From positions 2,852,001 to 2,916,000 of the forward strand of contig OZ361258.1 of assembly GCA_977018835.1 (NCBI GenBank): a DNA stretch of 64,000 nt. Direction: 5' to 3'. Shown in pieces: positions 1-12,968 of this stretch (its first letter is position 1; each line of letters begins with the position of its first letter). Both the position numbers and the translations under genes were made by a program. The notes under the pieces are model-generated. The model was not told the DNA's origin, did no database searches, and saw only the letters and a program-made list of their open reading frames with translations. Origin of the DNA: Minutocellus sp. GHC0000111. Its lineage: Eukaryota.

Positions 1-91
1 TACTAATCTAAAATAAATGAATACGGGCAGCATTGGAAGTGCAAACACTGCTCAAGCTAATTCGCTCCGTGGTGTCCAGGTACGGCTGGAA

Positions 92-2155
92 TCAGACTCC
101 GTTATCAGCATCTTTCCGAGTCGAAGTGGGTCCACTCTGGACATATTGCAGTATCGATCCAAATCGATCGGCTTGGAGGGCAGTATCAAAGCGCCACCGA
201 TGTAGGAACTCTCGTGCCACAAACTCCCACGTTCGACGTTTCTGTACCTCCTTGGGCTCTACAGTGTTCGTAGGCGTCTGAAAATCTTGAAAAAGGCTCT
301 GTAATTCGGCATCAAATGATTTACCAATGTGCTCACCAAGGCAAGGACTGAGATTGTACCTCTTGACTTGGGTGATGTACAATCGAAATAGAGATGTGAG
401 GAGGGATAGCACCAATGAACCAATGGCAAGAGAAAATGGAATCTTTGGCGCAAAGTAGTCCGTCAAGTCTTGGCGCATGGCCAAATCAAAGGGTAGGGCA
501 ATAGCCGCTGCGAGACTGGCAATCAGTTGGACCACAGCAGCAATCTGTTCACTGCGACATATTCCTCTGACAGACTTGATTGTCTTCGTTTCTTCCGATG
601 AATTGGCGGCATCGGTCATAATCTTTCCTAGTCGAACATTGAGCTTGACCAAGTGCATTTCCTTCCGAGCGAGGTAAACGATGGCCAGCACGGCAGAAAT
701 GGGCGTCAAGAGACCAAAGGTGTAGGCGGATATCATCGCAATGAATTCAAACCCGCGATTTCCAGGAGCGGCGGCTCGACCGATGTTTCCAATCGTTGCC
801 AAAATGGCAGCAATGAAAGAGATCCAGGCGGATACAATAATGAAACTTGTCACCAAACTTTCCTTGGTGGCGTGATACAACACACGAAATTCTTGCGCCC
901 GACGACGGAGGGCATGCTGGTGTTCACTGTTCGCATTAGACAGCTGATCCAGCTGGTTTTTAAGATAGAGGGTGCGGATCGAGATCGGACACATGCACGA
1001 TGATACAAATCCCGTAGACTTTTCAAGACAGAAGAGAAGGCAAATCTTTTCGTAAAAGTATGCAAGGATTGCTGGAATGTGATGATGACGCCAAGCCCGT
1101 TCCTTGTAGAATCCGTATTTGATTACTCCCCGTTGAAGAGATCCTTCGAATGTGGGTCGGAAATTCAAGAGTTCTTCATAAAGTTTCAGCGCTGAAGACG
1201 CATCAGAAGTGTTGATGCTTGTGGAGTCACGCATGCCGCAGCAAGAGTTGCGACCAAAGTCAAAGTATCAGTGAAGTTCTGAGCCTCTACGGCAAAGTCG
1301 TCGATGATCCAATCGACGGGCTTTGGCTGATTGAAGAGCTCTCCAGAAAAGCGCTCGTTACGTTCGTGGGCACCCTGAGAGTAAGAAATGATGTCTTCCA
1401 GTAACTTTTCTAAAGCCTCGGCGACTCCCATATGATCCGAGAAGGATGACATGACATCGTCATCAAGCTTCAGCTTATGATGTCCATCGGCCATATCTTT
1501 GAATCCGCGCCAAAAGGCACCGGAGTCTTCAATAGCTTGGTTCTCGCCCTTGACACTAGATGCAATCTGCATCATTTGTGTACGGAAGGGCTCAGCCGTT
1601 GGGGATTGCTTGTAATTTTCGTCCTCTTCCATAATGTCAATCAACTGAACAACGATTTCACTCCTCAATTCCTTTCGAAGCTGCTGGATGAAGGCGAGGT
1701 TATCCTCAAAGCCACGTGGAACAATAGCGGCAGCAAACTTGATTTTCCAATCGCGGGAAAGCTCAGGTGTCTGTTCCAAGTCTTGATGTTCATGGACCTT
1801 GGCCCGTAGATACTCGAGCATGTGGCGGTAGCGAAGTCCCGGTCGAAGGAAACCGTCTTCTCCATAGTTGCTGCCAGTTCCACGCTGCACCACCTCACCA
1901 TTGGTCCAGTTGGTCTCAGCAGAATACTGACGGATGCGATCGGCAAAGGGCTTTGAGGTCAAGGCGGGGTCCAAGAAGAAAGTCGAATGCTAGCAATTTT
2001 TTATTGGTCCCGTTTATTCGATGGCGCCCAAAAATTCCATTTGCTTCCGACGCGGTGTTTTCAGCCTCATTTTTGCGCCACCATTCGAAAACCTCGGGTT
2101 TCGTTGAGTAAAAGCAACACCGTAGGCAATTGATCCAAACAAACCCATTCCGCAT
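92..2155 (-). CDS. Unknown multi-pass membrane protein; one gene split by two 1-bp frameshifts (~1980, ~1235); 5' start uncertain
   Basis: ORFs 1916-2284, 1186-1974 and 92-1234 join with single-base corrections (LLAFDFFLDPAL; TLAAGMRDST). The C-terminal half has about 4 hydrophobic segments. Confidence 0.6.
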
Positions 2156-2405
2156 CGTCTTTGGTTCCTCGTGGGACGATCCTGGGCCGTTCGTGTGGGT
2201 GCGTGGTTTTCTCGGTGCAGGTCCATCTTTGAGACAGTTTTGAATCGCTTGACACACAAAGACAGACACCACGCAGTCGACCACGCACGAGCCCCAGCCA
2301 GGACAGACAAGTGAAGTTCGGGAAGGCAGCAGTAAGCAGAATACCGAGCAGCTGAGACGCGAGTCAAACCTCCCGACTCGGCAGTACTAGAGAGGTGGGA
2401 GGAGG

Positions 2406-4821
2406 ATGCGCGTAATCCTCAAGAAGGGATCGAAGACTCCCGTCCCGCATCATCTCTCCGCAGCCGCAGCAGCCGCCGCGGCTCATCAAAATCCTAGCAC
2501 TACTGCCCCGAGTACCGGCCCTTTAGCGTCCGACAGCAGGAGCTCTGCCGACGCGGCGTCGGTAGCATCCAGCGGCAACGACGTTGGCGGTGCGTCTTTT
2601 GCGGTCGCAAACAACAAGAAGAGGGGACGATCTCCGGTCGACGACGAAGTCCATGAGTCAGTCCCGCAGCAGCAACAACAATCGGAGCAGAAGAAATCCG
2701 CGGCAGCGGCAGCGGCAGTAGATCTAGCCAGCAGTAGCAGCGGACGAAAGAGGAGGCATCTCAACACCACGGCAGTGGCGGCAGCAGGTACCAACAATCA
2801 GAGCCAGCACGTTCGGTTCGAGGACCAACCAAATTACCTGAGTCCAACGGCGGCGGCGGCGTCGATCCAACAGGCGCTTGCATTCTGCAAACCGTCGTCC
2901 AGCGGTGCTGCTTCGGGCTCGGCTTCGGGATCGACGTCTGCGGGATCGGCGAGTGCGAGTGGCAGTGCTTCTGGTGGTACCAATACCAGCAGACGGTCCA
3001 AGAACAAGAAGCAGGCCGGAATCTTGAGACCACCGACTCGTGTGCCAGCAGCAGCATCGGCAACAGCGACAGCGAAAGCAGCAGCAGCAGCAGCAGCAGC
3101 GTATCTCCCAGAACAGCCTCAGGCCTCGGCTGGTAGTACTAGCAGCAATATGGGCATCCCGGCGAGGCAATTGGAGAATGACGGGCAGCAGGAGGAAGAG
3201 GAGGCCGCCTATATGCGGTCCCTCCGAGGCCGACGAGGTTCGTCGTCGCGCCGCTCTCCCAATCCCGAAGATGACGCCCGCCGTGATCAGGACCCCGCCG
3301 ATGCCAACGATGACGGCGTGGCAGCATTTGAAGCACCAGGAGAAGATGATCCCGCCAACGATGCTGCTGGTATGGAGGATCCCGCCACCGACGCACGAGA
3401 AGAGAATGACGTCAATGTACTGTCTGTCATTCCACGATCGTTCAATGCGCAGTCACGAGGTGCATCTCCGTCGCCTTCTTCCTCATCCTCATCGTCGTTC
3501 TCATCCTCCTCGAGAAGGAGTGGTCGGAGCCGTTCCAACAGCCCAGAAACATCGGCTGCACGAGGTGGACGACGCAGCGGTAATACTACGAGCGTAGTCA
3601 ACGGCAATGGCGGCCGTAAGAAACGTCCCTCTGCCCTCACGGCGGGAGTCCTCTCGCAGTATCAGGATGCCCTCAAGAAGCGAGGCCTCGAAATGGTCGA
3701 GCAGGAGGGTGACGGCAACTGTCTCTTCCGCGCCGTCAGTTTGCAGGTTTATGGCGATCCCAACAACCACGCCGAAGTCCGAAAACGCTGCATGGACTTC
3801 ATGGCCAAGAATGAGGAACACTTTGCGCAGTTCATCCCTGATGAACCCTTCCGAACGTATGTTACCCGGAAGCGCATCCTTGGCGTCCATGGCAACAATC
3901 CAGAGATACAAGCCTTTTCGGAGCTTTTCAACAGACCCATCGAGATCTACGAGCCTCAGAACGGCAGCAATCCCATCAACATCTTCCAGGGAGACTACAA
4001 GACATCCGACGACCCCATCCGCCTCAGTTATCACGATGGCAATCACTACAACGCCATTGTCGACCCGTACAAGCCTACGGCTGGACTGGGACTACGTCTA
4101 CCAGGATTGCAGCCGGGTCTGGCCGATGAGATGCAGCTCGACAAGGCCAAGCAACTTTCGGACAAGGCCGAGGTTGACCGCGCTCTCGAGGAAAGCAGAC
4201 TGGCCCACGACCGAATGTACGAGAAGAAGGCGTTTGCAGTTTGCAATCTCTGAACTGGAGGCCGCCGACTTTGATCTGGAGCAGGCCGTCATACAGAGCT
4301 CCTTGCAGTCCTATTTGAACGAGGAGGGACGGAAGAGGTCCCCCCATCATCACCACCATCGCCATCTCCACCATCATCGAGACCGAGCGAGACGACAGGG
4401 CAGCACCCCCTCGCCAACTGGTCACTCCTCCTACTCTGGCGGACCTTCCCATCGCCACCGGCACCATGGATATGGCCCAGGCTCTTCACCGACTTCCCCT
4501 TTAGCGGCGGCATCGAGAGACGACGATGGCTACGGTGTCTCCTTCTCATCGCTTGGTGCCTCGCCATCGGCATCAGCCGGTTTTGCTTCTGCAGCGACAG
4601 CTCGTCGGAGCAGCTCACCACCACATTCTGCTTCTGCTGCTTCGGTCGGACCAGCATCTGAGCCCATACCCGCCGCTGGCACCACCATTGGTGGGGATGA
4701 ATATCCTCAATGTGTCCAGGAACTCGTTATGAATGGCTTCGAGCTGTCCAAGGTGCTTCGTGCATACGAACTTGTAGGCGACAACTTTGATTCCCTCCTG
4801 AGTTTTCTCATGAGTGGATAG
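2406..4821 (+). CDS. OTU-family deubiquitinase (OTUD5-like) with UIM-like and C-terminal UBA-like motifs; frameshift at ~4233
   Basis: Catalytic boxes GDGNCLFRA and SYHDGNHYN. Removing one T at 4233-4235 joins KKALQFAISELEAADFDLEQAVIQSSL and the UBA-like YPQCVQELVMNGFELSKVLRAYELVGDNFDSLLSFL. Confidence 0.88.
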
Positions 4822-5293
4822 GTTTTTAGTACATACAGTAAATGTTACGTAGCTGTTATCTGCATATGTGTCTACTTTTAAAAACCATTGAAAGTATCTG
4901 CCTCTGCACGCATTGGTCCCTTGCTGTACGAGGCTACGCCTTTGTGAAAACTAATTGCGTGCTCCACCGACCTATTGAATTCCTAGCTAGCGGTCTCTCC
5001 GCGTGGGCTGCATTGCGGTTCTTTGTATGTGCATTGATAGTTGTGGAGGGATAAAACTCAGAAAAGACCGTTAGGTTTCGATGAGAAATTAGTACTAGCT
5101 AGTACCTAGCTAGGTAACAGCAAAAGAGAGAAAAGTTCGTTGCATTTGGTGTAGTAGATGGACAGAGATCGAACATTAAATACCACAGCGAGCCACAACC
5201 AGGCACCTGCCACAACACATCATACCTAGGTACAGCGACCACCCTAAGGCAATCGATCGATCGTAGTCAGTCTCCTCATTTACTTCGTCCAGC

Positions 5294-5920
5294 ATGAGCT
5301 CCTCCAAGACCAACTATAAGGCTCTCTCCGAGATCTTGATGGCCAACTTGACTGTGGATGGCTTGAAGAAGACAATCAAGTCGCGTCATCCCAGTATGTC
5401 CATCCAAGGTAACAAGGAAGATCTACAGAAACGCCTAGCAGATGCTGAAGGACTAAGCCTTTCATCTGGCACCTCTTCGATCTCTACTACCCCCGCTATC
5501 AAGGTCAAGGCCAAGACCAAGACCTTGTCCGCCGCTCATTTTGCTTCGCTTAAAATTAGTGATATCCCCGGTATCGATCCAGAAATAAAGGAAAGAATGG
5601 ACAACTATGAAGCCTCTCGCATGAAGAAAACGAAAAAGGCACCAGCATCGGCCTCCTCTGGTACCAAGAAATCGTACAAGTGCACTGATTGCAACAAGAG
5701 ATACACGAGCAAAGTGCACGATGTTACTGATCTGACCGAAGGCCTTTGCAGAAAGTGCGCTGTGGATGGAGGGTACATCATCGATTGCGAGTACTGCAAG
5801 AAGAAGAACGTCCCGGAGTACTATGGTAATTACTGCGACGGGTGCTGGAAGGCTGGATGCAGCACACACTTTCCTGGTAATGAAGGAGAAGGACCTAACT
5901 TATGCATCAACTGCAAGTAA
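5294..5920 (+). CDS. SAP-like domain protein with Cys-rich (CxxC) C-terminus
   Basis: LTVDGLKKTIKSR..SIQGNKEDLQKRL resembles the SAP motif; five CxxC pairs follow; single exon, 208 aa. Confidence 0.6.
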   Translation: MSSSKTNYKALSEILMANLTVDGLKKTIKSRHPSMSIQGNKEDLQKRLADAEGLSLSSGTSSISTTPAIKVKAKTKTLSAAHFASLKISDIPGIDPEIKERMDNYEASRMKKTKKAPASASSGTKKSYKCTDCNKRYTSKVHDVTDLTEGLCRKCAVDGGYIIDCEYCKKKNVPEYYGNYCDGCWKAGCSTHFPGNEGEGPNLCINCK

Positions 5921-6237
5921 TGTAACTAGCTTGGAATTCCTACAGTAGCTTGAATTAGATGCGCTTCAGAAATGTAAGAACGTTTAGCCTTGGGAAGCAA
6001 AGGGTGGTCGAATCTATTTTTGCATCGACGATGACGAGCGCAACAACAACCAGCAACAAACTAGCTAGAGATCCCTAGCTAGTAGGGCTTGTACGGATAA
6101 ATTCCGAAGAAGTATCCTTATCTTACTGAATAACGAAAAAAATACTCAATGAATAAGTTGGTCGCGCTGATAAAAGCGGAAGGCCGCCATTGCGCAAGTG
6201 AGCAGAAATCAGAGAGCAGAGCGCAGAACCAGCCCCT

Positions 6238-9200
6238 TCACATCCAGTCCGACATCTCGAATTCCCTATATTTGTTTCTTTCATCGAGCTGGATTTGAAT
6301 GGGCCTGTGTGGTAGCACCATAAAATATGTGGTTAAAATAGTGAGACAGAGAATGGAAGATAATCCCCATGCTGCACAAAAAATAGCGTTTCCATAGACG
6401 AAAAGAAGTGAGCACAAAATAATCGATGAACCACATACCGATTTTGATCAAGGTCCATGATAGAAGGGTCTTGGCCATCTCTCTGAAGGGCATTTTTCAC
6501 TGCACCTACGGGCAATCCAACCTTGAGCATACGGAAGCTGAAGAGGTGGAAGGGGGTGAACAAAGAAGGAGAATGTCAAATCACATATTTGGTAAGATTT
6601 GAAAGGATACGATCGTAGAATGAAAACAAACAAACTTCAGCGAGATAGTATGCCTGCGCATTCTGCCACCCTACTCCAACCTCTGCAACTTACTACTTCG
6701 AATAGAGAGGATCGTCCTTGAGCTTTGGGATTCCATCGTCGCCGCCGTCATCACCGTCACCTGCCTTATTGATGTCCTTGGCAATCTGTGACACAGATGC
6801 ATTATTCTCAAGTCGCTGTGATACAGCATCTGCGGCCGCCTGTGCTCCCTTGGATGGACCTGACGAACCACCTGGGGCAGATAAATCTGTCGCAATCTGA
6901 AATTGGCCAGCCAATGCGGCTGCTGCGTTGGCTGTGGCGCCTTCGCGACTAAGCGATGCATCGGCAATAGCACCCTGTTTTGCTGCCATAGTCTGCTGGA
7001 TACGGTTAAGCTCGTCTTTTGACCATCGGCGAGACTGCGCCAGAAGGTGCATAAGGTCCTCAATCTGAATACCTGATCTCGGCATTTTATCAAGAAGGTC
7101 GATACAAGAGGCAATATCTTCTCGACTCTCGAATTGTGTGAGGAACTGCTGCATTGGCCGCAACTTATTTGATTCCAAGGATGGGTGCAACGGTAGATGT
7201 GGTCTGGGGTACAATTCGCTTGATATTCTAGTACCCGACGCTTCCTCTCTCGAGAACTGATCGGTTTGTTTTGGAGTAGAAGGATTTGATCCGAAGGCTT
7301 TTAGCACATCACCAGGTGACGGAGTGAAAGGATTACTGTAGGGTGCGTAGTCTGCTGTCGAGGGATGGAAGCGGCCTCCGGAGTCGACACTTGTGGAGTT
7401 GTTGCTCTCAAGCTTCATGGTATCGTCGCAGCCGAAAGCAATTCCATCGAGAAGGTCAAGCAATTGCGAAGATTTGGCGTCCATTCCCCTTGCTTTCATT
7501 GCCGTGAGAAGACGGTCGTTGGAGTTGAGCGCTGATGTCGCTATTGGTGAACTTGCTGCATCCACCTTTGGTTTGTTGGAGCTGCTATTCTCCGCTGGCC
7601 TCGTTTTCGATTTGATGGCGGACAGCATGGCAGCTCGAGGATCCAGCGGTGGTGCAGCTTCTGGCTCCATCTTTTTCTCTTCCGGTGTACCCTCAGTAGA
7701 CTTTTGGCGAGATTTGATGGCGGACAGCATGGCAGCTCGAGGATCCAGCGGTGGTGCAGATGGCTTTGCTTCCTCCTTCTCCTGCGTATCGTCGCTGTCA
7801 TTATCAGTAGACTTTTGGCGAGATTTGATGGCGGACAGCATGGCAGCTCGAGGATCCAGCAGTGGTGCAGCTTCTGGCTCCATCTTTTTCTCTTCCGTTG
7901 TACCCTCAGTAGACTCTTGGCGAGATTTGATGGCGGACAGCATGGCAGCTCGAGGATCCAGCGGTGGTGCAGATGGCTTTGCTTCCTCCTTCTCCTGCGC
8001 ATCGTCGCTGTCATTATCAGTAGACTTTTGCCGAGATTTGATGGCGGACAGCATGGCAGCTCGAGGATCCAGCGGTGGTGACGCTTCTATCTCCTCCTTC
8101 TCCGACTTTTCGTCAGCATCCTCTGGCATTTGCCTTGTTCTGATGGCGGATAGCATAGACGCACGAGGATCAACATTTTTATTCTCAGCGATGGGAGCCG
8201 GCTTCCTTGCCTTGATTGCCCCGAGTAGAGCAGCACGTGGATCTGCGGAACCTTTTTGCGTTGCACTGATAGTCCTCTCAGTATTCCTGTCTTCGGGCGC
8301 TTTGGTATTACTTGAGCCATTTGACTTGATTGCAGATAATAGAGCGGCACGTGGATCGCCAGAATCTTTCTTCCCCTCGTTCCTTTCATCTTCGTTTTTT
8401 GAGACTATCGCAGAGAGGGTAGCTCTCCGAGGATCTACTGTTTCCAACTCGGAACTGTTCGATTGGTCAACGATATTTGCCGAATTATGGGTGCTCTCAG
8501 TATTGATCGAGTTGGATGTTTCACTCGTTGGCATCATTGGGTTAAAACGGATCTTCTCGTTTTGAGCGAGCCTACTCTTAAACTCCCTGATGGCATTCTG
8601 TACCCCAACCACCCGCGGGCTCGCTACAGTCTTCTGGAACGAATCATCGTCATTGTTTGCAATTCGACGAGCAACAGACGTTAATTCATCATCGTCGTCT
8701 TCACAGACCCCTTTCAGTTGTAGTGAATGATATTCAGTGATGAGACGAAGGCCCTGTTCAATCGCAGCGATACCTCCCTTTATTGGAGGTAAATAAGATT
8801 TTGTAGCGGCCGTTGTCTGGCCACCCACATTCGGACCAAGTCCATCAACGGGCTCAAAAAGAAGTACAAGGGAAAAATCATCTTCGAAAGAGTCAGCGTA
8901 GCGTCGCATTATGTCAACTCTTCCACGTCGCAATTCATTCGGTCCCCATGTAAAGAAGGCACAATGGTTGGTCACTCGAAAGAGAATACGCGCTGGATCA
9001 TGTGTATCATCGGCGTACCCCCCTCCGAAACGACATGTGATAGTAAATTCCCCTTGAATATCCTTATCAACGAGATAGAATCCTTCCTCATTGTCACAAC
9101 CCCATTGTGCAGAAGCCCCACGAAGCCCCAATTCACTCTGAAATTCGCGACAATCATTTTCGTGGCTGTTGTAGATTCGACCCTTTGCCCCGGACCAGAT

Positions 9201-11439
9201 TTCTACTACGGGCAAATCATCAACGGGCACACCCTGCATGGTCACAGCTCGAAGTCGCAAGGGCTGCGGGTTGGGCCAAGTCTGAAGATCGACAAGATCA
9301 TCAAAGTTACGGAATAGCTGCAGCAGAGACGGTGGAATGAGAGACGCGACATCTCGCTCATCTCTACAATGTCCTCGCTCACATGCCGAATCGTTGCATT
9401 TGGCACAAAACAATCGAAAGCCATCGAGGCTTGTACGCACTCGGCCCTCATACTTCAGATAGCATGCAATCTGGACCCGTTGAAAAGCAGAAACAAAAAA
9501 GTGTGGTACAATTGTATGGATGATGAGATGCGAAAAAGGAATGGAAACCACAATACTTGCAAGCAAATAGCAGTGCCATGTAAAACAAATACAGATACAA
9601 TGAAAGAGAAAATACTCACAGCAACTCCAGTCCTCGTCCTACCGTTGTCACAGTAAATACAAGTAACATTTTGAGACCCAAGAGATTGATAGGCAGCAAT
9701 CACGTAACAAATGTCCAACATGGCTGCTAGAGACGGCGTCGATGGTGTCCGATGTGCATCACTATGTCCCGCGGATGATGATGCGATAGTTGTATCATCA
9801 CCACTCGCTGAAGCTGGTTCAACTTCTCTGTTAGCCAAGACAAGCGCCGTCCAAGGACAATTGATAATTTGGTCATTGAATGAAGATGCAGTCTCGCTGT
9901 CGACCGGGGAGCCAGTCAAATTCAGACAGAGGAAATGATTTGAATGGTGTTTGGCCAGAAATATGGAAGGCGTCGGGTTTTTAAGTTCACCACCTTCACA
10001 GACCTCGACTTCCCGACCGCGTCTATCATTTGTCCCTACATTGTCCACATTTCCCGATGGATCGTCTTTGCCTGATATTTCCAACTCGGTATCGCCATCT
10101 GACGTGGCCCCGTGCAATGGCGAAATACCTGGCCGTCTTCTTCTTCTGTTGGGAGATCTACTTGGAGTCCGGAAGGGCGAAATAGATGAGGGGAGCACAC
10201 TTTCCATAGATGTTTGATCTACCTTGCTCCCCAAGATAAACGTTTTGCTATTGCCGCTGCTTTCATTATTCTCATCAACAATCAAACCCGAATTCTGTCG
10301 CCGACGCCGTCGTCGCTGTTCCGACCCCGACTTTCCGCTCATACTCATTCCGATCAAGTTGGAAGTCACATAGACGCAGGGACATGTTTCAGGGGAACCG
10401 CCGTCAGTGGCGATATCATCATGTTCTTTTTCATCACTTGTACAGCTTGGTGCTGCGTTTGGTGGTGCCGACTTTTCTGACTTTGGTCCTTTCATAACCG
10501 GCGAGTTTGATTCAGCCCTGGCATTGCCTTCCTCACTAACGTCGACTGGATTAGAACCGGTGGCATCCAAGCTCACAGAAGGAGCAGCTCCTGCCTTATC
10601 ACCTATATCTCCACCCACACTTGCCTCTAGTGATGTCCTATCAGCGTCCTCGCTCGCATCGTTGATACAAGCATTTGAGTTGCTAGTATCATCGGACTGG
10701 AGTGCATTGGGTTGCGTCTGGGAGTTCTGAGTGCCGCCGTCGCGCCGTTGATTGCCATCTCTTGCATTTGAAGAGACACTGTCACCCTCATCACCATTAT
10801 TTTCGACCATATCCTCACTTGGCTTTTTGTCATCGTCATTGCTAATCGCTATCGTCGTCTCACCCTCTGTGGCACAAGTATTCTCATCGTGCGGTTCAGT
10901 ATCACCAGGAGAGCTTGCAGTGTCCACAGGGGAGTCTGACAATGAGGCTCTTCCGTCATTTTCGTCCTCTACCACCTGTTTCTCCTCCGCGCTGTGCGTT
11001 TGTGAACCCTCGGGGTCATCAACGGACGGCGGTTCCTGTTCTTCGAGTACCTCTGCTGCTTCTGGTGTTGTCTGTGCGTCCTCTCTTAGTGAATGCTCGT
11101 TACTACTATCTTCTGCCGACTCGGGCGTCGCTTCTGTGCTTTTCTCAAGAGGTGATTCGGCCACTGGCTCCACCGCTTCAGCCTTGCCTCTACCACCTGT
11201 TTCTCCTCCGCGCTGTGCGTTTGTGAACCCTCGGGGTCATCAACGGACGGCGGTTCCTGTTCTTCGAGTACCTCTGCTGCTTCTGGTGTTGTCTGTGCGT
11301 CCTCTCTTAGTGAATGCTCGTTACTACTATCTTCTGCCGACTCGGGCGTCGCTTCTGTGCTTTTCTCAAGAGGTGATTCGGCCACTGGCTCCACCGCTTC
11401 AGCCTTGACATCCTCCACCATGCCTCCCTTCTCCTCCAT
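6238..11439 (-). CDS. PTEN-like phosphatase/C2 protein with 9 WH2-like repeats and one CCDC53-like motif (formin-related, no FH2 seen)
   Basis: Predicted introns 9619-9471, 6693-6538 and 6438-6305 (all GT..AG). Motifs YCDNGRTRTGVA|IACYL, a C2-like region, DPRAAMLSAIKSR-type repeats x9 and LKDDPLYSKYFRMLKVGLPVGAVKNALQRDG. Stop TGA at 6238-6240. The 5' frame is broken by a 221-bp duplication. Confidence 0.7.
7609..8080. repeat. Coding higher-order tandem repeat (alternating 102/111-bp units, 213-bp period)
   Basis: GATTTGATGGCGGACAGCATGG starts at 7609, 7711, 7822, 7924 and 8035. Confidence 0.92.
10966..11407. repeat. 221-bp direct tandem duplication
   Basis: 10966-11186 is repeated at 11187-11407; the length is not a multiple of 3. 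Confidence 0.92.
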
Positions 11440-12078
11440 CTTGCAAACCGTTTCAAGCTTTCACCTCCGCTCCTGTGAGAATTATGATGGCTCCGTCGGT
11501 CGCATTTGTTGCGTGATATTATGTGTTGTGATTACGATTACAGGCAAAGCCTCTAACTTGGCGCTGAAAGCCCTGCGTCTCTGGTGTGGTTGGTTACGCC
11601 GGGTAGGACACAGCAGCGCTGCGGTGGCTTGCTGTCCCAGATAATAATAACGCTGCATGGTGCCGGTATGGAAACGGTCACTCACTCCCATTCGATAACG
11701 TCTGACCCTCGCCTCGACACCGATATCGAGCAGGAATGGAAGAGTTTTGGACTCTGGGAGGGTGGTATCGCAATGGAATTTAGCCAGACTACAAGATATA
11801 TACCGGTAAACCCGAGCACGATAGATATGTCCATACCGTCAAAGTTATGGTTACAGTGATTAAATCTTTGCTCTCTCGTATCATGCGTTTGTTTTCTTAT
11901 CAGCCAGTCATTTCGCAATGCAACCGGCAACATCTGTTCTTTTCAGGGACAAAATAAAATACGACCATGTATCGCCGATGAATAATCACCCTCAATCATC
12001 TTCACCAGCATAGGTCTATGTTCAAACCGAATGCATCGACCAACCAATCGAAACGAAACAGAAATTTCTTGAGGCCAC

Positions 12079-12564
12079 TTATGCAACCCACTTGTGCTGA
12101 CAATTGCAGCAAACAAAAATGAGGGCGAGGGAGTCGCTCCGAATATCACTGGTATCGGACTGGAAGAAGACGGCCTCGTGGTGGCCGCAGTTCATGCAGC
12201 TGGCATTCTGACTCCGAGGAAGGGTTGGGTCGACACTAACGGCGGCGGGGACCGTCGCCAGGACGTTGCCCAACTCCTTCTTGATGGCATTCCGATAGAT
12301 GAGGGGCCCCCGGGCCTCCTCGGAATAGCGACACAGGCGGCAGGCGTACCGGAGGGTCCGGGTGCTCTTCTGCTCCTGGGGGTACAGCATGGAAGAATCG
12401 TGGGGGCAGAACTTCATCAGAAGGACCTTGCTGTTGTCCACGGCAGCGCCACCGGCGGCGGCGGCATCGTCGAGCACCTCGTCGTCCCCACCGGCCTCCC
12501 AGTCATCTTCCCCTGCGGCGGCGCCGCCGCCAGCCTGCTGCTCCCAATCGTCTTCTCCGTCCAT
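12079..12564 (-). CDS. RPB9: DNA-directed RNA polymerase II subunit RPB9
   Basis: MKFCPHDSSMLYPQE..LRYACRLC, DPTLPRS..CMNCGHHEAVFFQ and LIFVCCNCQHKW zinc ribbons; likely start MDGEDDW at 12564. Confidence 0.93.
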   Translation of the reverse strand: MDGEDDWEQQAGGGAAAGEDDWEAGGDDEVLDDAAAAGGAAVDNSKVLLMKFCPHDSSMLYPQEQKSTRTLRYACRLCRYSEEARGPLIYRNAIKKELGNVLATVPAAVSVDPTLPRSQNASCMNCGHHEAVFFQSDTSDIRSDSLALIFVCCNCQHKWVA

Positions 12565-12968
12565 TTCTCTTCTGTGTGTATTAATATATATGAGATGCCC
12601 CGCAATAACTAGCAATTGATAAAATGTCTGCGCCTCTTTTGCCAACTCTTTTTACGTCCGTTTTGTTCGTGTTGTGCGGTTTATGGCTGATGAGCTGACT
12701 ACGTAGCTGATGAGGCTGATCCTTTTGGGAGTGCAAATGCTTTCTGAATGATAAGCACCTTGCCACCCTACTCCTATCCTCGCTCCACCTCACACCTCGC
12801 TCACAACCCAACCCCAACCCAAAGGACCGAGGGGGAATTGAATTGGCTGTCGTTTGAGTGCGGCCGGATACGAAGCGCTCCTTCGCAGAGCTCACTGTTG
12901 TGCGAGGCGCTGTTTTTTACATCGTTTTCGACTTTTTGAACCCTTGCATCACTTTCCCACCACAAAAC

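Noticed and set aside
7609..8080. CRISPR-like repeat-spacer array
   Set aside because: The repeats are in-frame coding units, the spacers are themselves repeated, there are no cas genes, and the context is eukaryotic.
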